From NCBI GenBank assembly GCA_973895155.1, contig OZ316897.1:956515-1020514 (forward strand): a stretch of DNA of 64,000 bases, given 5' to 3'. Source of the stretch: Marsupella aquatica. Its lineage: Eukaryota > Plantae > Marchantiophyta. The position numbers and the translations under genes are program-made. Positions 22,544 to 36,426 of this stretch are shown here, in pieces (positions within the stretch are counted from its first letter, which is position 1; every line of letters begins with the position of its first letter). The notes below the pieces were generated by a model, which saw nothing but the letters and a program-made list of their open reading frames with translations, searched no databases and was not told the DNA's origin.

Positions 22544-23213
22544 ATCTTACTGTAATAGCCTCAACTGAAGTCTACTTGTAAGGGCGGTCTAGAGTGCAGA
22601 CTCTAGACCATAACTACAGACAAAATTGATGATGAGTTTCATTAAGATCAAAATTTTAAATAAGGATGGACAAAAGTGACATTTACTTTAATAAAAACCA
22701 AACTGAAATGAGAATTGAGAAAAAACAAGGATGGGGCAAAGATTAACCAAAAATAGCATATACATTTTAGCAAGTTTTCTCTTCATATCTATCAATGTTC
22801 AAGGAAGGGGCCATCGGGCTAGTATTATGTCAAAAAATAATGAAAGTCTAGTAAATCCCTGTATCCCATATTGCCCCCCAAACCTGACTTTATTGTATAA
22901 ATAAAACCCTGACTTTAGTGTATAAATAAATAGCCACACACAAACAAAGAGGGGGTACAGTCACTCCAGTCCTTTGGGACCCCTCGACAACCAGCTCCAC
23001 GTTTGCGTACCTTTCTCCTCAAACTTTATCAAAGCCATTCAATTCGATTCGGATTCGACTGATTCGCCTCCAAATTCCCTCTGCAGAATTGGAAGTCGCC
23101 CGTTTTGTACCAGCAGAACGCAGAATTGGGTGGAGTTTGTTAACCGAGGAGGAGGGAGGTTTGATCGAGTTGAATCCAAGGGTTTTTGGACCGGAAATCG
23201 GAGTTTGGTGGCC

Positions 23214-24540
23214 ATGTCAGCGGTGGGGTCGCGCAAAGGGGCGCTGGAGGTCTTCAAATTCGGGTGCTATGTCTCGATTCCGATCGTCATGATGGCCGTT
23301 TTCGCGTATGCTCCCCACAATTTGGAGAAGATCATTCGGAATGTGCGTTTTCCTCTCCTCGCTTTCATCCTGTTTAGTGCTTTTAACTACGATGAATAAG
23401 GGCATGGCATCAGTCAACTGTGAAACGCGGAATTGCCTCAAAATTGCACAACTACCCAATTGGGAATGGCCTATGCCTCTTCACATCTCTATAATCTTCC
23501 TTCAATCTAGAACTGCATTGACCTAAAGATTTAGGAACTAGCCTCAAATCTCGAGTTTCGTCCAAAGATCTCTAGCAGAACTTCTGTCGGCTTCGAGTTT
23601 CAAGGAATCCGAACTGCGGTGTTTCAGGCTTTAGTAATATCTTGTGAAACGCTGGATTCCTTCCTCTGGCCCCTTATCCATTCTTTGAGAAGACTAGATA
23701 TGGGCTTCTCGTGCAGTTGGCTGCTAAGGACTTGCACAGGATCTTATTGTTGCCTGCCTTAATAGACTGTTGTTTTTTTCTTCTCGAATGCTCTTTGTTA
23801 GCGCTGTTCTTGGTTTGAAATTCCAGTGACAACGTTCCTACGGGGTTGTCTCTGTGCCTATCTGCTAGTGTTGTGTGCACGCATAAGCCTCTGTCTAGGG
23901 TTTGCTAACCTTCTGACGGTCATTTGCTGTTGGGTAAGAACTGGGCACTTGGTTGTGTCCGATTGTCTTTATAAGAGGCAACGGAAGTGAACTCAATTCT
24001 CAGAGAGCTTAAGTGAAATAATTGTCCTTGCGTCTGGTACACTGTTAGTTTTGAACCTTCTGGAGGGATGATGATTGCTGCTTGTTTAGGGTTGGTGTTT
24101 GGGATGGGCTGGAAATGTCTTCCCTCTGCCTGTTGTCTTCATGATAGGTTACAACAGTAAGCAAGCCGAATTAAAAGAAGTCTCTGTCTGCTTGGTGGAT
24201 CATAACTAAGAGTCCGATGATCGCTCTGAAGGCTTTTGAATCCTATTCGTTGCCAGGGTTAGGGTATTTTGAAATTAGATAGAAAGAATTTAAGCTACAA
24301 ATCATCAATGTTGGCTCAAATGTTGGTAAGGTAGATGAGTCTACGTGTGAGCTTGCGACCATGTAAATGCTTTCCTTCAAATTGAAAGTGCTCCTACGAC
24401 AGGCTGGAGAAAAAGAATTGGTTCTGATTTTATGTGCTTCTCTGGATTTTCAGCGTTCCTATGTTGTTTATCCTCCGGAAGGTCCTCGTCCTCCGACTGG
24501 CGACGAAATGAGGGAGATGTTGAAGAAGAGCAAGCAATAG
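23214..24540 (+). CDS. PET100: PET100 cytochrome c oxidase assembly factor, 71 aa, 2 exons (23214-23342, 24454-24540)
   Basis: MSAVGSRKGALEVFKFGCYVSIPIVMMAVFAYAPHNLEKIIRN|RSYVVYPPEGPRPPTGDEMREMLKKSKQ; GT-AG intron; matches the plant PET100 pattern. Confidence 0.88.
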
Positions 24541-27500
24541 CTGTGATTATGAGGCATGTCCTCTTGGTATAAAAGGTCGCCAACCTTGCATTGTCCTCAA
24601 GGCAGCCAATCAGAGGAAAACTATTTTAAGTAACACTCCTTGAATGCCAGTCCAGGTCCTAACCTTCAGTTGATGTCGAGGTTGGCGCGTATGTGTGGGG
24701 GAATTCCTCTGGGAGTAGCCTGCAGGCGTAGCCAAAACCTCCCTTTCCACTCTCTTGTTGCGAAGATGAAGCCAGGAAAGTCTGTCTCCTTGGTTATCCG
24801 AAGATGTCCGGAATATGACCTCAAGTGAGTTATACAGGGTCTCCATTTTTCTTTGGACCAGTCGAAAGCTTTGGTCCTGAATACCATTGTGGTTATTACG
24901 GTACTTGCTCCCGTGCTTTAGGTCTTCTTTGTTTTAAGGCAGCAAGCCAACAAAGTAGCAGGGTTCTCTGTTCTCATCTACGACTCTCACATTGATAATT
25001 TGATCAATTGTTGTTTGAGTTTTTTAAGATGCCATCCTAAATTGAAAGCCTTCAAGTTTTGTTATGTCCTGTCGTGTTATCAATGTGATCTGTTCTATCT
25101 TCACCGTATGTTGTTATTTGTAAGAGAGTGGGAAAGTTACAACAATTCGGATTATTAGAACATCAAGGATGTCGAAATACTACATGGAAGAATCTTGCTG
25201 CAGCGAGTGAAATAGTTGTAGTTTGGTGACGTTTGTATTCATGAGGACAGTCATCTTTATTTCTGATCAGCTTTCGGCCCAACATTTCGCCGAACTTCAA
25301 ACGAGATAAGTGAGGTCTTGCAAGTTTTAAACTCATGAGGGCAATCTCTTTTATCTCTGATCAGCTTTTAGCACAACATCTCGCTGAGAGTGAAAAGGAA
25401 ACGTACGGGTTTGCAAAGGTACCAAGATGGTCAGTAGCAAATTTACAATTCTTAAAGACTCTTTAATCAGGCGAGAAAGTACAAAGAGTCAACTCTTCCT
25501 TAACCCTTAAATTCTGCATTTTAGATTCTACATTTTGTCTGTGAATAACTGACGGGCTTGAATGATAAAGAGAAGTCCGTGGTTTTACATTCTGAAATTT
25601 CTGGAGTGATCATATGCACTCTGCTAAACGGAATCAAGGATTACATCATTACATGCCTCTCAGGACAGTTTGGAATTGCCAAGCTTTGAGAATAGCCCTT
25701 GGCTCGGTGGGGGACTTGCCTCTATTGAAACTGCAGTCTGGTCTTCGAGTCCACTCAGGTCAAACTTTATTCAAGATTACTGACAAACCACGTGTTCCTC
25801 ATATGAAGTAATCATTTCTTGTTCAAAAAGCTCTGAGAAATTGATTTGTCAAATAGCCTATTGATCTGACAAGTAAACATATATGTGGTCAAGCCCGCAT
25901 TTGGTAGCCGACCCAAGCGATAGTGACGCCCGGCCAAAACCCATAATTTCATCAGTTGATGGTAGAGAGGTTCTTGGTTGGTTAAAACCACACCTGGCAG
26001 GCCAGCGATCATGTAACTCGAAGTTAGCTCACACTTCGGTCTTCAAGATAAACTATCAACATAACAGGTAGACCGTATATTTCTAGATTCATTTGTGCTT
26101 CTCAATTTTGCAATTCCAAATTGGGAGTACCCATTATTCATTTCTCCGTCCTCTCGATCTCTCAGACGTTTTGAAGAGAGGGTTGATGCTCTTCTGGAAC
26201 AAGAATCTGGCATATGACTACATCAAGCCTACACTGTTACAATAAGGGTGTCATATACAGACAAATGATGAGAAGACTAGGCACCCTATAGTCCAAAAGC
26301 AAAAGTTCAAGAAGATTCCTCAAAATACTCGTCAATTGGGGACCCGAAAGGACTCGACTAGAAAGCTATGAGCGTGACCACAATCACCAGAAAGTGACTG
26401 TCAGCGCTTGACCAACAGGCCCCTTGCATAGTGGCCCCTTGCAGAGTAATTCTGGCTGAAACACCCACTCGCGAGACGTTTCTCGCTCAAGTCTGCACAC
26501 ATTTAACCTCACAACTAATTAGTAAGACCAGCATAGATGAATATCGTCCTCCAGGTGACTTATCAGCGATGTGTCTGTACTAATCACCTTCCACTGTTGC
26601 TTGTTCCCCAGCGTCCCAAGTCATCACCGTTGAATGACGATGCCGTTCACCTAGTGCCAAAGTATGCGATCGTCCATTTAGTAGCCATCCAAGCCGTATT
26701 CGTTCACGGGTTCACGGCCACGAGTGAATCAATTCGTTCACGGCCAGAGTGAATCAATTCAGCTCTGCCGGCGGGAATTGTGGTACTGCTACGCCAATTG
26801 TATATGCAACGCTGGACAATTCTCAGCCAAACCAGCCTCTCGAATTGGGAGTTTCACATACATAAAGCACCTGCGTACCCAAGAATGCAGTAAGTAGTAT
26901 TCGCTTTGGAAGTCCGAAGGTTCCATGCAACTATCGCAGTGTGAAAAATTGCTCCACACGTTTGTTGATGTCCTCCGACCCGGGCTATCTTGGAAAAGGT
27001 GCATGTTGCCTTGCAGAAATTGGGACCCAATGGTGGTGAAGAAAATGGACTACCAGTCCTCACACGAAAAAGCTTGACGACGAGCAAAGGATCGATGAAT
27101 ACATCTTCAAAAAATTCCGGATCTCAAAACCCATTTCGCGAAATGTGCAGACAACTGATGTAGAACTTACATGAAGCATAAGACCAGACCTGATATCCAT
27201 TCTGCAAACTGGGACCAAAACTTTGACGGATTGATGAGTGCAATAAATTCCAGGCCACAACTATTGTATCGAGGACCCTATGATGAAAAGAATGCAGCGC
27301 AACTCCAGACCTTGAAAAGTATTTTGATTCAGACATGACAGATAATCCAGAATGCATTGTGACCAAACTGCCTCATGACCAAGAGATCGCCTTGCAAGCT
27401 GGCTAAGCAGAAGACAACAAGCTACAGAAAGTTGAGAAGTTTTGCTCCCAATTCCAACATTGCAAGATGCACCCATTCCAAGGCAACTCCGGTAGGAGAA

Positions 27501-30500
27501 CAGTGGACAATTGATGTAACTCTTCGTCTCATCCCCCTTCTCGGATCACAAGAGTGTCACCGACGAATGCAACAAGTATCTCTACCTGGCCACAGAATCA
27601 CAATGCTCCTCCCTCCACGAGAGTCCGAAGAGAAACTCAAGAGGCTACCGAATGAAGATGCGGAGTACTACACGGTCTCGAGCCAACTCGAAATCAAGAT
27701 CTTGCCACAGCATAGAGCTGAAGTTCGAACCAGAAAAGATTACACCCACGCCGCGTGCATCTCTCTGCTATTTGTACGATGGCATGGCCTCCTTCATGAC
27801 TTTTCCAATGGTTCAAAAGCCAAATTGATGCTGCAAGCATTGAAAGTCGAGAGAAGCAAGACCCAGAGTTGAAATCAAGGTGTCGTCACGATAGAGATCT
27901 ACAATACTGACACTGAACCCGGACTTCGAATCCCTGCCGCTTTACCAGCGGTCTCTGCACAAGACAGTCACGACTTCCTCACTTATTCCCGAAAAGCTGA
28001 AAGCTATTCACAGTGAACTCCAGCAGCTCATATTTAATGGCAAAAAATACAAAACCGGCTCCCAGAATCTAGTGACTTTGGTCCAGCATCATTCTCCGCC
28101 ATCTCGGGAGTCATCTGTGGACTTTGCCACCAACTGCTTCACATCGGACCTGTCAAACAAGCGTCACATGTGTTCCGACTACGTCAGCGCTCACTGTTAT
28201 GTTGTCCATCCCGTCTTTAGCGCCGCAGAATGGTGGGATACTAGTAATTAATGCGATGCTAAAACTTTTCAAGTGAGTGACCGAATGTCGACCGTCGACG
28301 TTTGGGCAAATTACAGCAAGTTGTAAAATCAGTGTCCCCATGGAACGACCAAATGTCGACTCCTCTATTGACCCATCGTTGCGATTGACGAGTACAGACT
28401 CACAATTCACCATCCCTCGACCCTGAGCTGGCCCACACTTCCGCCCTTCTTCCCCAGCTGTGACTTGAGCCCACCTCACTCTTCACCATTTAGTTTGGCA
28501 CCGACCCTCCGGCAAACCGCAAACGAGAAGAAAGCAGTTGAGCCTTCTCTTGGGAAGGTGTTGTAACCGACTCTTGCGTCCGCACATCTGTGTACTGCTT
28601 CGTAACAAATTCAAGAGTCGGATTCACGTACTGAATCTTCGTCAACTGGTAGCATTCTTCGCTATCTTCAAAGGCCAAATTTGCTTTCTGCACAAGCTCG
28701 GCTAATCCAGCTGCTACAGCTACACGAAATTGCGGCAATTGGTTCCCTTTAGATCAGTTGCTCTTGCCACTGTTGTGATACGGACTAGATTCATTCAGAA
28801 TCTCGAGAGGAAAAAGTCTCAGCACTTCGAGCTCTCGTTCAAACATTGCAAAATTAAAGCTGTCTCCAAACCAATTCCATGGATTGAAATCTTTCAGTAG
28901 AGACATCCATAGCTACAGTAGCTCTCAGAGAAACAAACAGTGAAGGTAAATTGACTACAGTCCTGTGGAGAATAGAAATGGTTTGGAAGCTCCGAGGCTT
29001 GCCCTTGGCCTCACCGATGCTTGTCCAGTACACCCAGTAAACATGCTAAAGCTTGGATTAAACTCCATAGCCAGTCATGGACGTGAGGAGGAGAGGACCC
29101 AACATGTGAAGAATCACAATGACCACATCAGGGTCAACGTTGGATTGTTGTGAATTTTAGCAATCCAATAATGTTGTCCTAAGCTAGGATAGTTACATTT
29201 ATAAATTTGCAAGCATTTTGTTTGCCTTGAAAATTCAGCCTTCATAACTTGAACTTGCTCTTTTAAGGAGATTTAAAGCTTTAAGCTTGGATGTAACCCC
29301 CTTCCCAATTGTTTTTCCTCGGGTTGGATTCTTTAGATAGGATATGTAGAAACATATATTTTAACTAGGATAAAATGCCTTTTTGGGTACCAAGGCTTGA
29401 TTTTCATGGAAAGAGCACTTTGGAATCTTGTTTGGGCTTAAAAGGTTGCATACCTGGATCCCATTTGAGCTTATCTATTTATGTAACTATGATCAAAAGC
29501 TACTTTTCAGGGTCTCAGTCCATACTAAAGCCATGACTCTAGGGGCTTAATTGAAATTGGGGTGCAAGTGGGAAACCAGTAGCCAGGGTGAGGGTGAGTC
29601 TTTGACTTTTCCAATGGTGCTTGAATGTTTTCACCTCTGATTATGTTTGAAGGATGGGCACCTCAGGCTAGTGACTCCAATAAAGTGTACTTTTGTATGT
29701 CAATGCACTCCTAACATGTCTAGATTGGAAAGACATTTAGCAATCTAATTTTGTTCTTACAAATGCGGATAGACACTGGTCAAAATGCACAAATATAGGG
29801 TACGAGGTAGAATTGAGGATGTATAGCCAAATGCACATAAAAATTGACAGAAATCCATTGACAACTAATTATATCTAGCAGCTAATATTACAACATTCTC
29901 CAAGGATCTTTTCTTATTTTCTGACTATCCCACAAAGTTGTCCCACCTGCCCTATTTGCACAAATTTGCCCACTTGCCCAATTTGCTGCCATTTGGCTTT
30001 GGTCCCCTTTGTTTGTCTTACTGTATGAGTGCTTTGCTTCGTTTGTCGTTACAAGGCCCATACCTGTGGTCACACTCCTAAATGAGGGGTGGTCGGCTTT
30101 GGGCTTGTACCCCCCCACATGTGGACATTGAACCCCCTGATTGTGGGCTTTTCTCTGGTTTTCTCCTGGAAAGTTTTAACTTATAAGATTATTTTACTCC
30201 TTCAAAGACAAGTCTTGACAACCACAGAGGACAACGGCAAGGTAAGAAAGATAGTAACATGGCAATGCAGAAACCAATCAGAAAATCAAATTTGAAGCTT
30301 AGAGCCACTTTTTTAGGTGAATATGGAGGAGGCCACTAAGAGATCATTAGGGGGTCTCAAAGCTTGGAGATTACGGATGATCGCATTAGGTTATAAAGAA
30401 TAGGTTATAACTTTTTCACAAGACTTTGTAAAAGTTCTTTTTTGTTTTTCTCTTTCATGAGCCTCTCGAGTGACTAATGGTTATGGCACAAGACCAATCC

Positions 30501-30699
30501 CTATGGCAAATAGTTATGGACTATGAATTGTGTATTACATAAGTTGTTGTTTCCATAACCTACTAGGGAGTTAAGGTACATCAAAATTGTCAGCTTTGAG
30601 ACCTAAGCCCTAATTATTTACCAAACATGAGCTCACTTGAGGTGCCTACCTTTTCACTTCTACACTTGTCAGGCAGGGTGGCTTGTGTCCCAAACATAT

Positions 30700-30925
30700 A
30701 CCTACTCATAGCCCTCATGATAGCTCCCCCCATGATAGCCCATGATAGCTCTCCCCATGATAGCCCTAGGGCCCACAGCCCTCCTCCTTGTGTCCCATGC
30801 CTACCCATTGATAGCCCTGTGGCCCCACAGCCCTCCTCCAGTCCTCCTGTCCCATGCCTACCCATAGCCCTCTACCTACTCATACTCCTCTAGCCCGTAG
30901 CCCTCCACCTACCCATAGCCAATTC
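30700..30925. repeat. Low-complexity CATAGCCC/GCCTACCC repeat cluster
   Basis: catgatagccc, gcctacccatagcc and cacagccctcctcc recur. Confidence 0.6.
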
Positions 30926-30951
30926 TTAATTACTGCCCTCAGTCTATAAAT

Positions 30952-31102
30952 CTCCATAACTAATCCCAACAAGTTAAAGTTTGGGTCTAGGCTTTTAGAG
31001 TGAAAGCTCTAGACCATGGTTTATGTGGATAACTAATCCCAACCAGTTAAAGATGGGTCTAGGCTTCTAGAGTGAAGGCTCTAGACCATGGTTTATGTGG
31101 AT
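30952..31102. repeat. ~72-bp tandem duplication containing a TCTAGAG..CTCTAGA hairpin
   Basis: ataactaatcccaac...gggtctaggctt.tagagtgaa.gctctagaccatggtttatgtggata occurs twice. Confidence 0.8.
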
Positions 31103-31639
31103 AGAAAGAAATATGGGGATAGGGTTGCTCCACCTTTAAACGATCTTCCCCATATGATATTTAAATGCTTAAGTACTATCGTATCCAGATCCATAAGAAA
31201 AAAATAGTTTAAGAAACCTTAAAGTGCGATAATGGGGTTCAAAAAAAGTAAAATAGTTTGTATTGCAGATTTTCCCGCTCAAAAGGATTCCCATGTTGAC
31301 AAAAATACATAGTCATTTCTTTATTATAGAGTTTGGACGAACTTTTTAGTAACCCCTTCAATGCAAAATTAGTTAGTTTTGGGTGATTTGGGTACTTGTC
31401 CCTCCATGCTTGTTCCTGTGCAAAGTACCTTCTCCTCACAGCTTATGCCTTTAAAAAATGTTGGCCCCACTTCTATCCCCTTATGTCAGTTTTCTAGTGC
31501 ACAACTGTTTAGCTTTAAACTGTTGTGAATCTCTTTCAAACAATGGTGGACCTCTCATGTTTTTCTCATCATGACTTAGGTTGGTGACACGTACGTCCTT
31601 CAAACCCACAAACTTAGGAAACAGAACTCTGAGCTCTAG

Positions 31640-32470
31640 TTTTTGTTTGTTTTTGTTTGTTTATTTTCACTTTATTTCTTTGTGAACCCGGCTGATGGGG
31701 AGAACCTGCAGCCCAGAGAGGCATGTAAGAAAAAGTAGAACAGCTAGTCCATAAAGGGAAGGGCGGCAAGGGCAGAGTACTTACTAGAATAGAAAGCAGC
31801 CCTGCCTACTCAATCAATTGTCAGTCTTTTTCCTTTTCCCCCCGCTGTTACAGCACACAGCCAAAATCTTCCTCCCATGGGATACCAGTTGTGCTTAGCA
31901 GAAAAAGGTGATAATCCTATCCTCACAGATAACATTACTAATTCAGTCAAAAAGTACCAGCTACCTATATAGTGATCAGTGTCACTCAAACAAAATTTAG
32001 ATCTTGTGAGAACTATCTATTCCCCGTTCATAGGGCCTCAGCATTGCAATCAACAGTGCTCAGCTGAATTGGAAAGAACAGAGTCAAATCAGACAGGATA
32101 GTTCTGATTTGAGAACCTCTCTACAGTAGCACTTGCAAGTCTTGCCAGTCAATTTCCTGGTACTGTTGCTGCTCCAACAGCAGCTAAGTGGTCTAGAAGT
32201 ATGAAGACTAGACGTGACTGAAGAGTCTCCATTTGTCATGGTTGAATGTCTGCCCATTCCTTGCAAGCAAAATGTTCCAAAGTGTTTGGTGCATCGTGAA
32301 CATTTTAAGTGTCTGAGCTTGTCGCGTTCCCAAAGGAGTTTGTAATATGCAAAGCAGCTGGAAGTCAGCTCCCATAATCTCACCATTCAGACAAGAGTTA
32401 GCCTCTCTCCAACACAGGCGAGCATGGGAACATGTAAAAAAGAAATGAGGTGTAGTTTCAATCTGGCTTG
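31640..32470 (-). mobile_element. Probable decayed LINE 3' end
   Basis: A-rich tail on the minus strand (aaataaacaaacaaaaacaaacaaaaac) at 31640-31680, preceded by a broken Trp/Cys-rich frame (LLWERDKLRHLKC). Confidence 0.35.
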
Positions 32471-33254
32471 GGCAGATGCGGCAGCATCCGTCAGACTTCC
32501 CTATGCGAAGGGCTCTAGAGCTGGTGAAAATACCTTAATTGAGTTACTTGGTCCTCCATCACAGCGGTTACAGGTGGATCTTACCATGGTCCGTGAGGGT
32601 CAACGTACTTTCATTGGCAGATGTAGTGGTGGCAAACCCATTGCGCCAAGACATCATTGGGACAACGACAACAACAGCAGGGGCAGTAGCATCACGAGCA
32701 GCAACAACGAAGGAGGCCAAACATGCTGCACGAGCTTCATCTGATAGCTTCCTCCCCCTCGCTCTTGAGATATTTGGGCGTCTCCATCATCAGTTCGACG
32801 AACTTCTTCAACAAGCTAGTGTGACGGGTTTAGGGTGGGTGCTAGTGTGACGGGCTTCTTCCACAAGCTGCTTGGGATGTTCATGTCTATCTTTGACAGT
32901 GGGTGCTAGTGTGACTCCGCAGCGGCTAGCCCCCCTAGCTAGAGGACATTCCAGTCCCACTTGCCGATTTAGTTTCAACACTTGATGTAGACCATTAGCT
33001 TTTTGCCACATTTGCTAGGAATGATGAGGACCTCGGTCCATTTGCGGTAGTTTTAGTTACTCTTTCTTGGTTTTTAGGGGTTTCCTTTTGCTCACTTCTT
33101 TTGCGTTTGGTTTTGTCCACTTGGGACCTCTATTGTTTATTATTTTGTACTCTGTTTGGCCCTTTTCTGTAAAAAATATGTATATATTCTTAATTGGGCC
33201 AGGATTCTCCACACATAAGTCTTAGTCTGAGCTGTAGTTAAGAGGGGACAGGGA

Positions 33255-33299
33255 TTTAGGGTTTAGGGTTTAGGGTGTAGGGCTTAAACCCTAAACCTT
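33255..33299. repeat. Short interstitial TTTAGGG tract with inverted end
   Basis: (tttaggg)3 tgtaggg cttaaaccctaaacc. Confidence 0.7.
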
Positions 33300-34545
33300 G
33301 GGATTCCATGAATACACTTTGGGGAATAGATAGCTTAGAGTCTGACTATGTATCCATATTGTGTGAAAAAACAATTTAATCTAACTTAAATATAAGGATG
33401 AAAACAATATATTCTAATGAAACATGGGCAACATGGAAAAATACATATAGACCTAAAGAGTGGTCTCAACAAAGAAAATGAAATATATTAAGAGGGGCCA
33501 GGTACAACTAAATTATCGGTGGTCTCCTACATGGAGGCCTCCCCTTCACCTGCAATGCTTTTAGGCCTTGGACCCCCTAAAATGTAAGATTTCTTAAAAA
33601 AACATTAGCCCCTATAAAGCTGGATGTTAAAAACACTCTAATGTTCTTATAAGAGTCAAAGATTAATTAAAATACTTTATTGTTCTTATGAGACGTTAAG
33701 TAGTCCCTTAGAACCAATAAAATGACCCTATATTTTGTCTTATATGATGTGCCATTTTTGTGGAAATGAAACCCCCAAGACTAAATTCAAAGGGTACACC
33801 TTGTCTAAAATAAACTGAAACAAAAGTACATATAAAAAATCTCAATAAGACAAAGTAACCTGAGTAGGCTCCTCAACAAGGTAACCCAGATATTATATTA
33901 AGGATGGGTTATTATGTATCTAAAAATGATAATGATGCATAATGATTTTTCTCATCATTTCTATTACCATTCAAAGAGTGTGCATATCTAATCTGAGTTC
34001 ACATCACTAGATCTTCACATCACAATTTCAAGAATTCTAAGCTTGTGGTCTTGCTTATCAACCACTATATGGTTGCTCCAAATTTAAGCAACCTTCCCCA
34101 AAGAGTATTAAAAAGCTTTTAACACTATGATCGTAGATACATAATTAACCAGCAAAACAATTTTCTTTAATTAAGTAACTAACGGAGTGAGGTTCCCCAA
34201 AAAGTAACTTGAAATGTTTTCCCCTCAAAAAGACTAAATAAGATCATTCCTTTTAAGAGTTCCGATGATTTTTTTATAAACCACCTTAAAGCACAAATAA
34301 ATTAGTGTTGGGTGACTTGGTACATTATTTGGCCCTCTCCTCTCTGCTCAAGACATGGCCTTACAAAGTGTTGGGCCCACTTTTATCCCCAACTAGATCA
34401 TTTTTCTTGTAAGCAACTCTTTAGGTTATGAGTGCCTTTCAAAAAAGTGGTGGACTTTTCAGGTTTCTCTCATAACATTTTAGTTACCAACACATAAGTT
34501 ACTCAAACTAATAAACTTAGGAAACAAAACTATAGTAGTAGTTAA

Positions 34546-34565
34546 GGGGGGGGGGGGGGGGGGGG
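34546..34565. repeat. G20 homopolymer
   Basis: Run of 20 G. Confidence 0.9.
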
Positions 34566-36019
34566 ATATTGTCTTGAAGTGCTTAGAGTGTCTCACACTC
34601 CTTGAATTTCAATTCTTACACTCTTGGGAAGAGATGGTTTAGGGTTTAGGTATCCCTTGTATAAAATGTCTGTGCAATATGATTTAAACAGCCTCGATAC
34701 CCATGCATTGCGCAAAAGATTTGTTGTCAGTGCGAAAAACGGCACATGCATAAAAGATATGATTTGCAAATAAAATATCATTACAGTGCAAAAGATGTGG
34801 TTAATATGAAATATATGTCATTGCGCAAAAGATGTTGTGTAAAATTTCTCATTGCACAAAAGATGTCATATGTGGTATATGCATCCATAAACTCCCCCAC
34901 TCCGGCCCAACTTTGGGTGTATAGTTTGGCCCCTAACCCGTTGCTATTTCATTCAAATGCACATTCAAAAATAGAGAAGATGTCAATATGAGAAGAAGAT
35001 GTAGTGGTGGATCTAGCCACCGAACACCCTCACCAAGCCCAATACCTTGCCTAAGTACTCCCAGTGTCAAACCCATTGAACTCCTTGAGCAAGCACCTTG
35101 ATGCCTCTATGTATCACCGCCAACGACAACTAGCTCCCCTACAAAGCAGCACTTGCTCCCACCTAGCTTAGCACGACCGTACCTCGACAACACCCACTGT
35201 TTGCACATTCAAACAAAGCAACAGGTAAGCTATCCACCTTGATCTTGGAACCAAAGACTATTGTCTTGCCTTAAACTCAACACTTGTTAGTAAGTAGGTT
35301 AGCGGATAGAGTCTCTTAGACTAACGTGCCCTTGCCATAAGCTGAAGCTAATTAAGGTCAACATTCAAAGTTCATCCAGAACAACCCTCGAAACAACCCT
35401 TAAATTATCGAGTACCACCCAAGCTTCTCCACTTTCTATCCATCATTGGCTGACCACGTAAGTGCCTCCAAGACGTGCTCATGGCTCAAATATATAGCTA
35501 GGTTGTCCCAAACATCAGGTTCAATTTGGCCCCACCTCTAACACTCCTACGACCAACTTAACTAGGAGTTTGAGGGCAAGATGCACTTGGACCACATCAC
35601 CCGTGCCTACTTGACATTGCCTCCCCAATACAAGCTCCCGCGGGAAATTGAACTTGGCTTGGCTGCTGTTTTGGTAGGATTGGTAAGCAGACAAGGTAGC
35701 CCTTACAAACCATGAAGACCAAATGCATCCCCAAATTCAGTTGAGATCAGGGGAGGTAGTACTCCTTGAGACTTTCCAACGCACCCAAGAATTATTCCAA
35801 TGAACTTCCCGTTGAAAAGATATTGTTATTTCTGTTTGATGTTTCTTCTTATTAGTGCAACTGTTGCACTTCATGACTTGAGCTTGCCCTTGGTCCTATG
35901 GGAGATACCAATCCCTTTGTATATGCTTCTAGCGACCTGTCACCCCTGACCAACTTTGGTCTCCCATTTTTGGCTCTCTACTTGGACTCCAACCCGATTG
36001 ACATGCAAAATGTCCTACT

Positions 36020-36278
36020 CCATAAGTGCAATTTTTACTCTACTTAGAAAAAAGCAAGCCTGCACTTATCACTAAATGCAATTTGATGGGATTGTTCACT
36101 TGCCAATAAGTGCATATGCGCACCTAATAAGGGTTTGCACTTATAAAATTTTCATATCACCAAATATTTGGGGCCTTTTTGCACTGAAAAACTCCACTTA
36201 ACAAGAGCACAGAACACGGTGCCTTGCAGTTAGCCAAGATTCGCACTTATGGATCTTGCACTTAAAGAGAGCCGACTG
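36020..36278. mobile_element. Right end of a CAGT...ACTG-terminated MITE family, related to 39032-39642
   Basis: TGCACTTA subterminal repeats; gccttgcagttagcca block shared with ~39588; ends ...gccgactg|ta. Confidence 0.55.
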
Positions 36279-36426
36279 TACAGTAGTTTAGGTGTATCGA
36301 GGTCTGAGGTTTGAGATGCATTCTGCGAAGCTCTTGATTTGGGGCACGAGGAATGCTCGAAGAAGCTGTGCGAATTCGGCACCGTGCTTCCATCTCCAAG
36401 ACTGCGCCATGCGCCTCGTCTGATTG

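Noticed and set aside
26850-28960. Possible degenerate coding region or TE ORF (including ORF 27375-27872)
   Set aside because: The composition looks coding-like, but frames are broken and I recognise no motif; a tBLASTx search is needed.
33255-33299. Telomere fusion site
   Set aside because: Only ~4 units plus two inverted ones; such short tracts are common in plant repeats and promoters.
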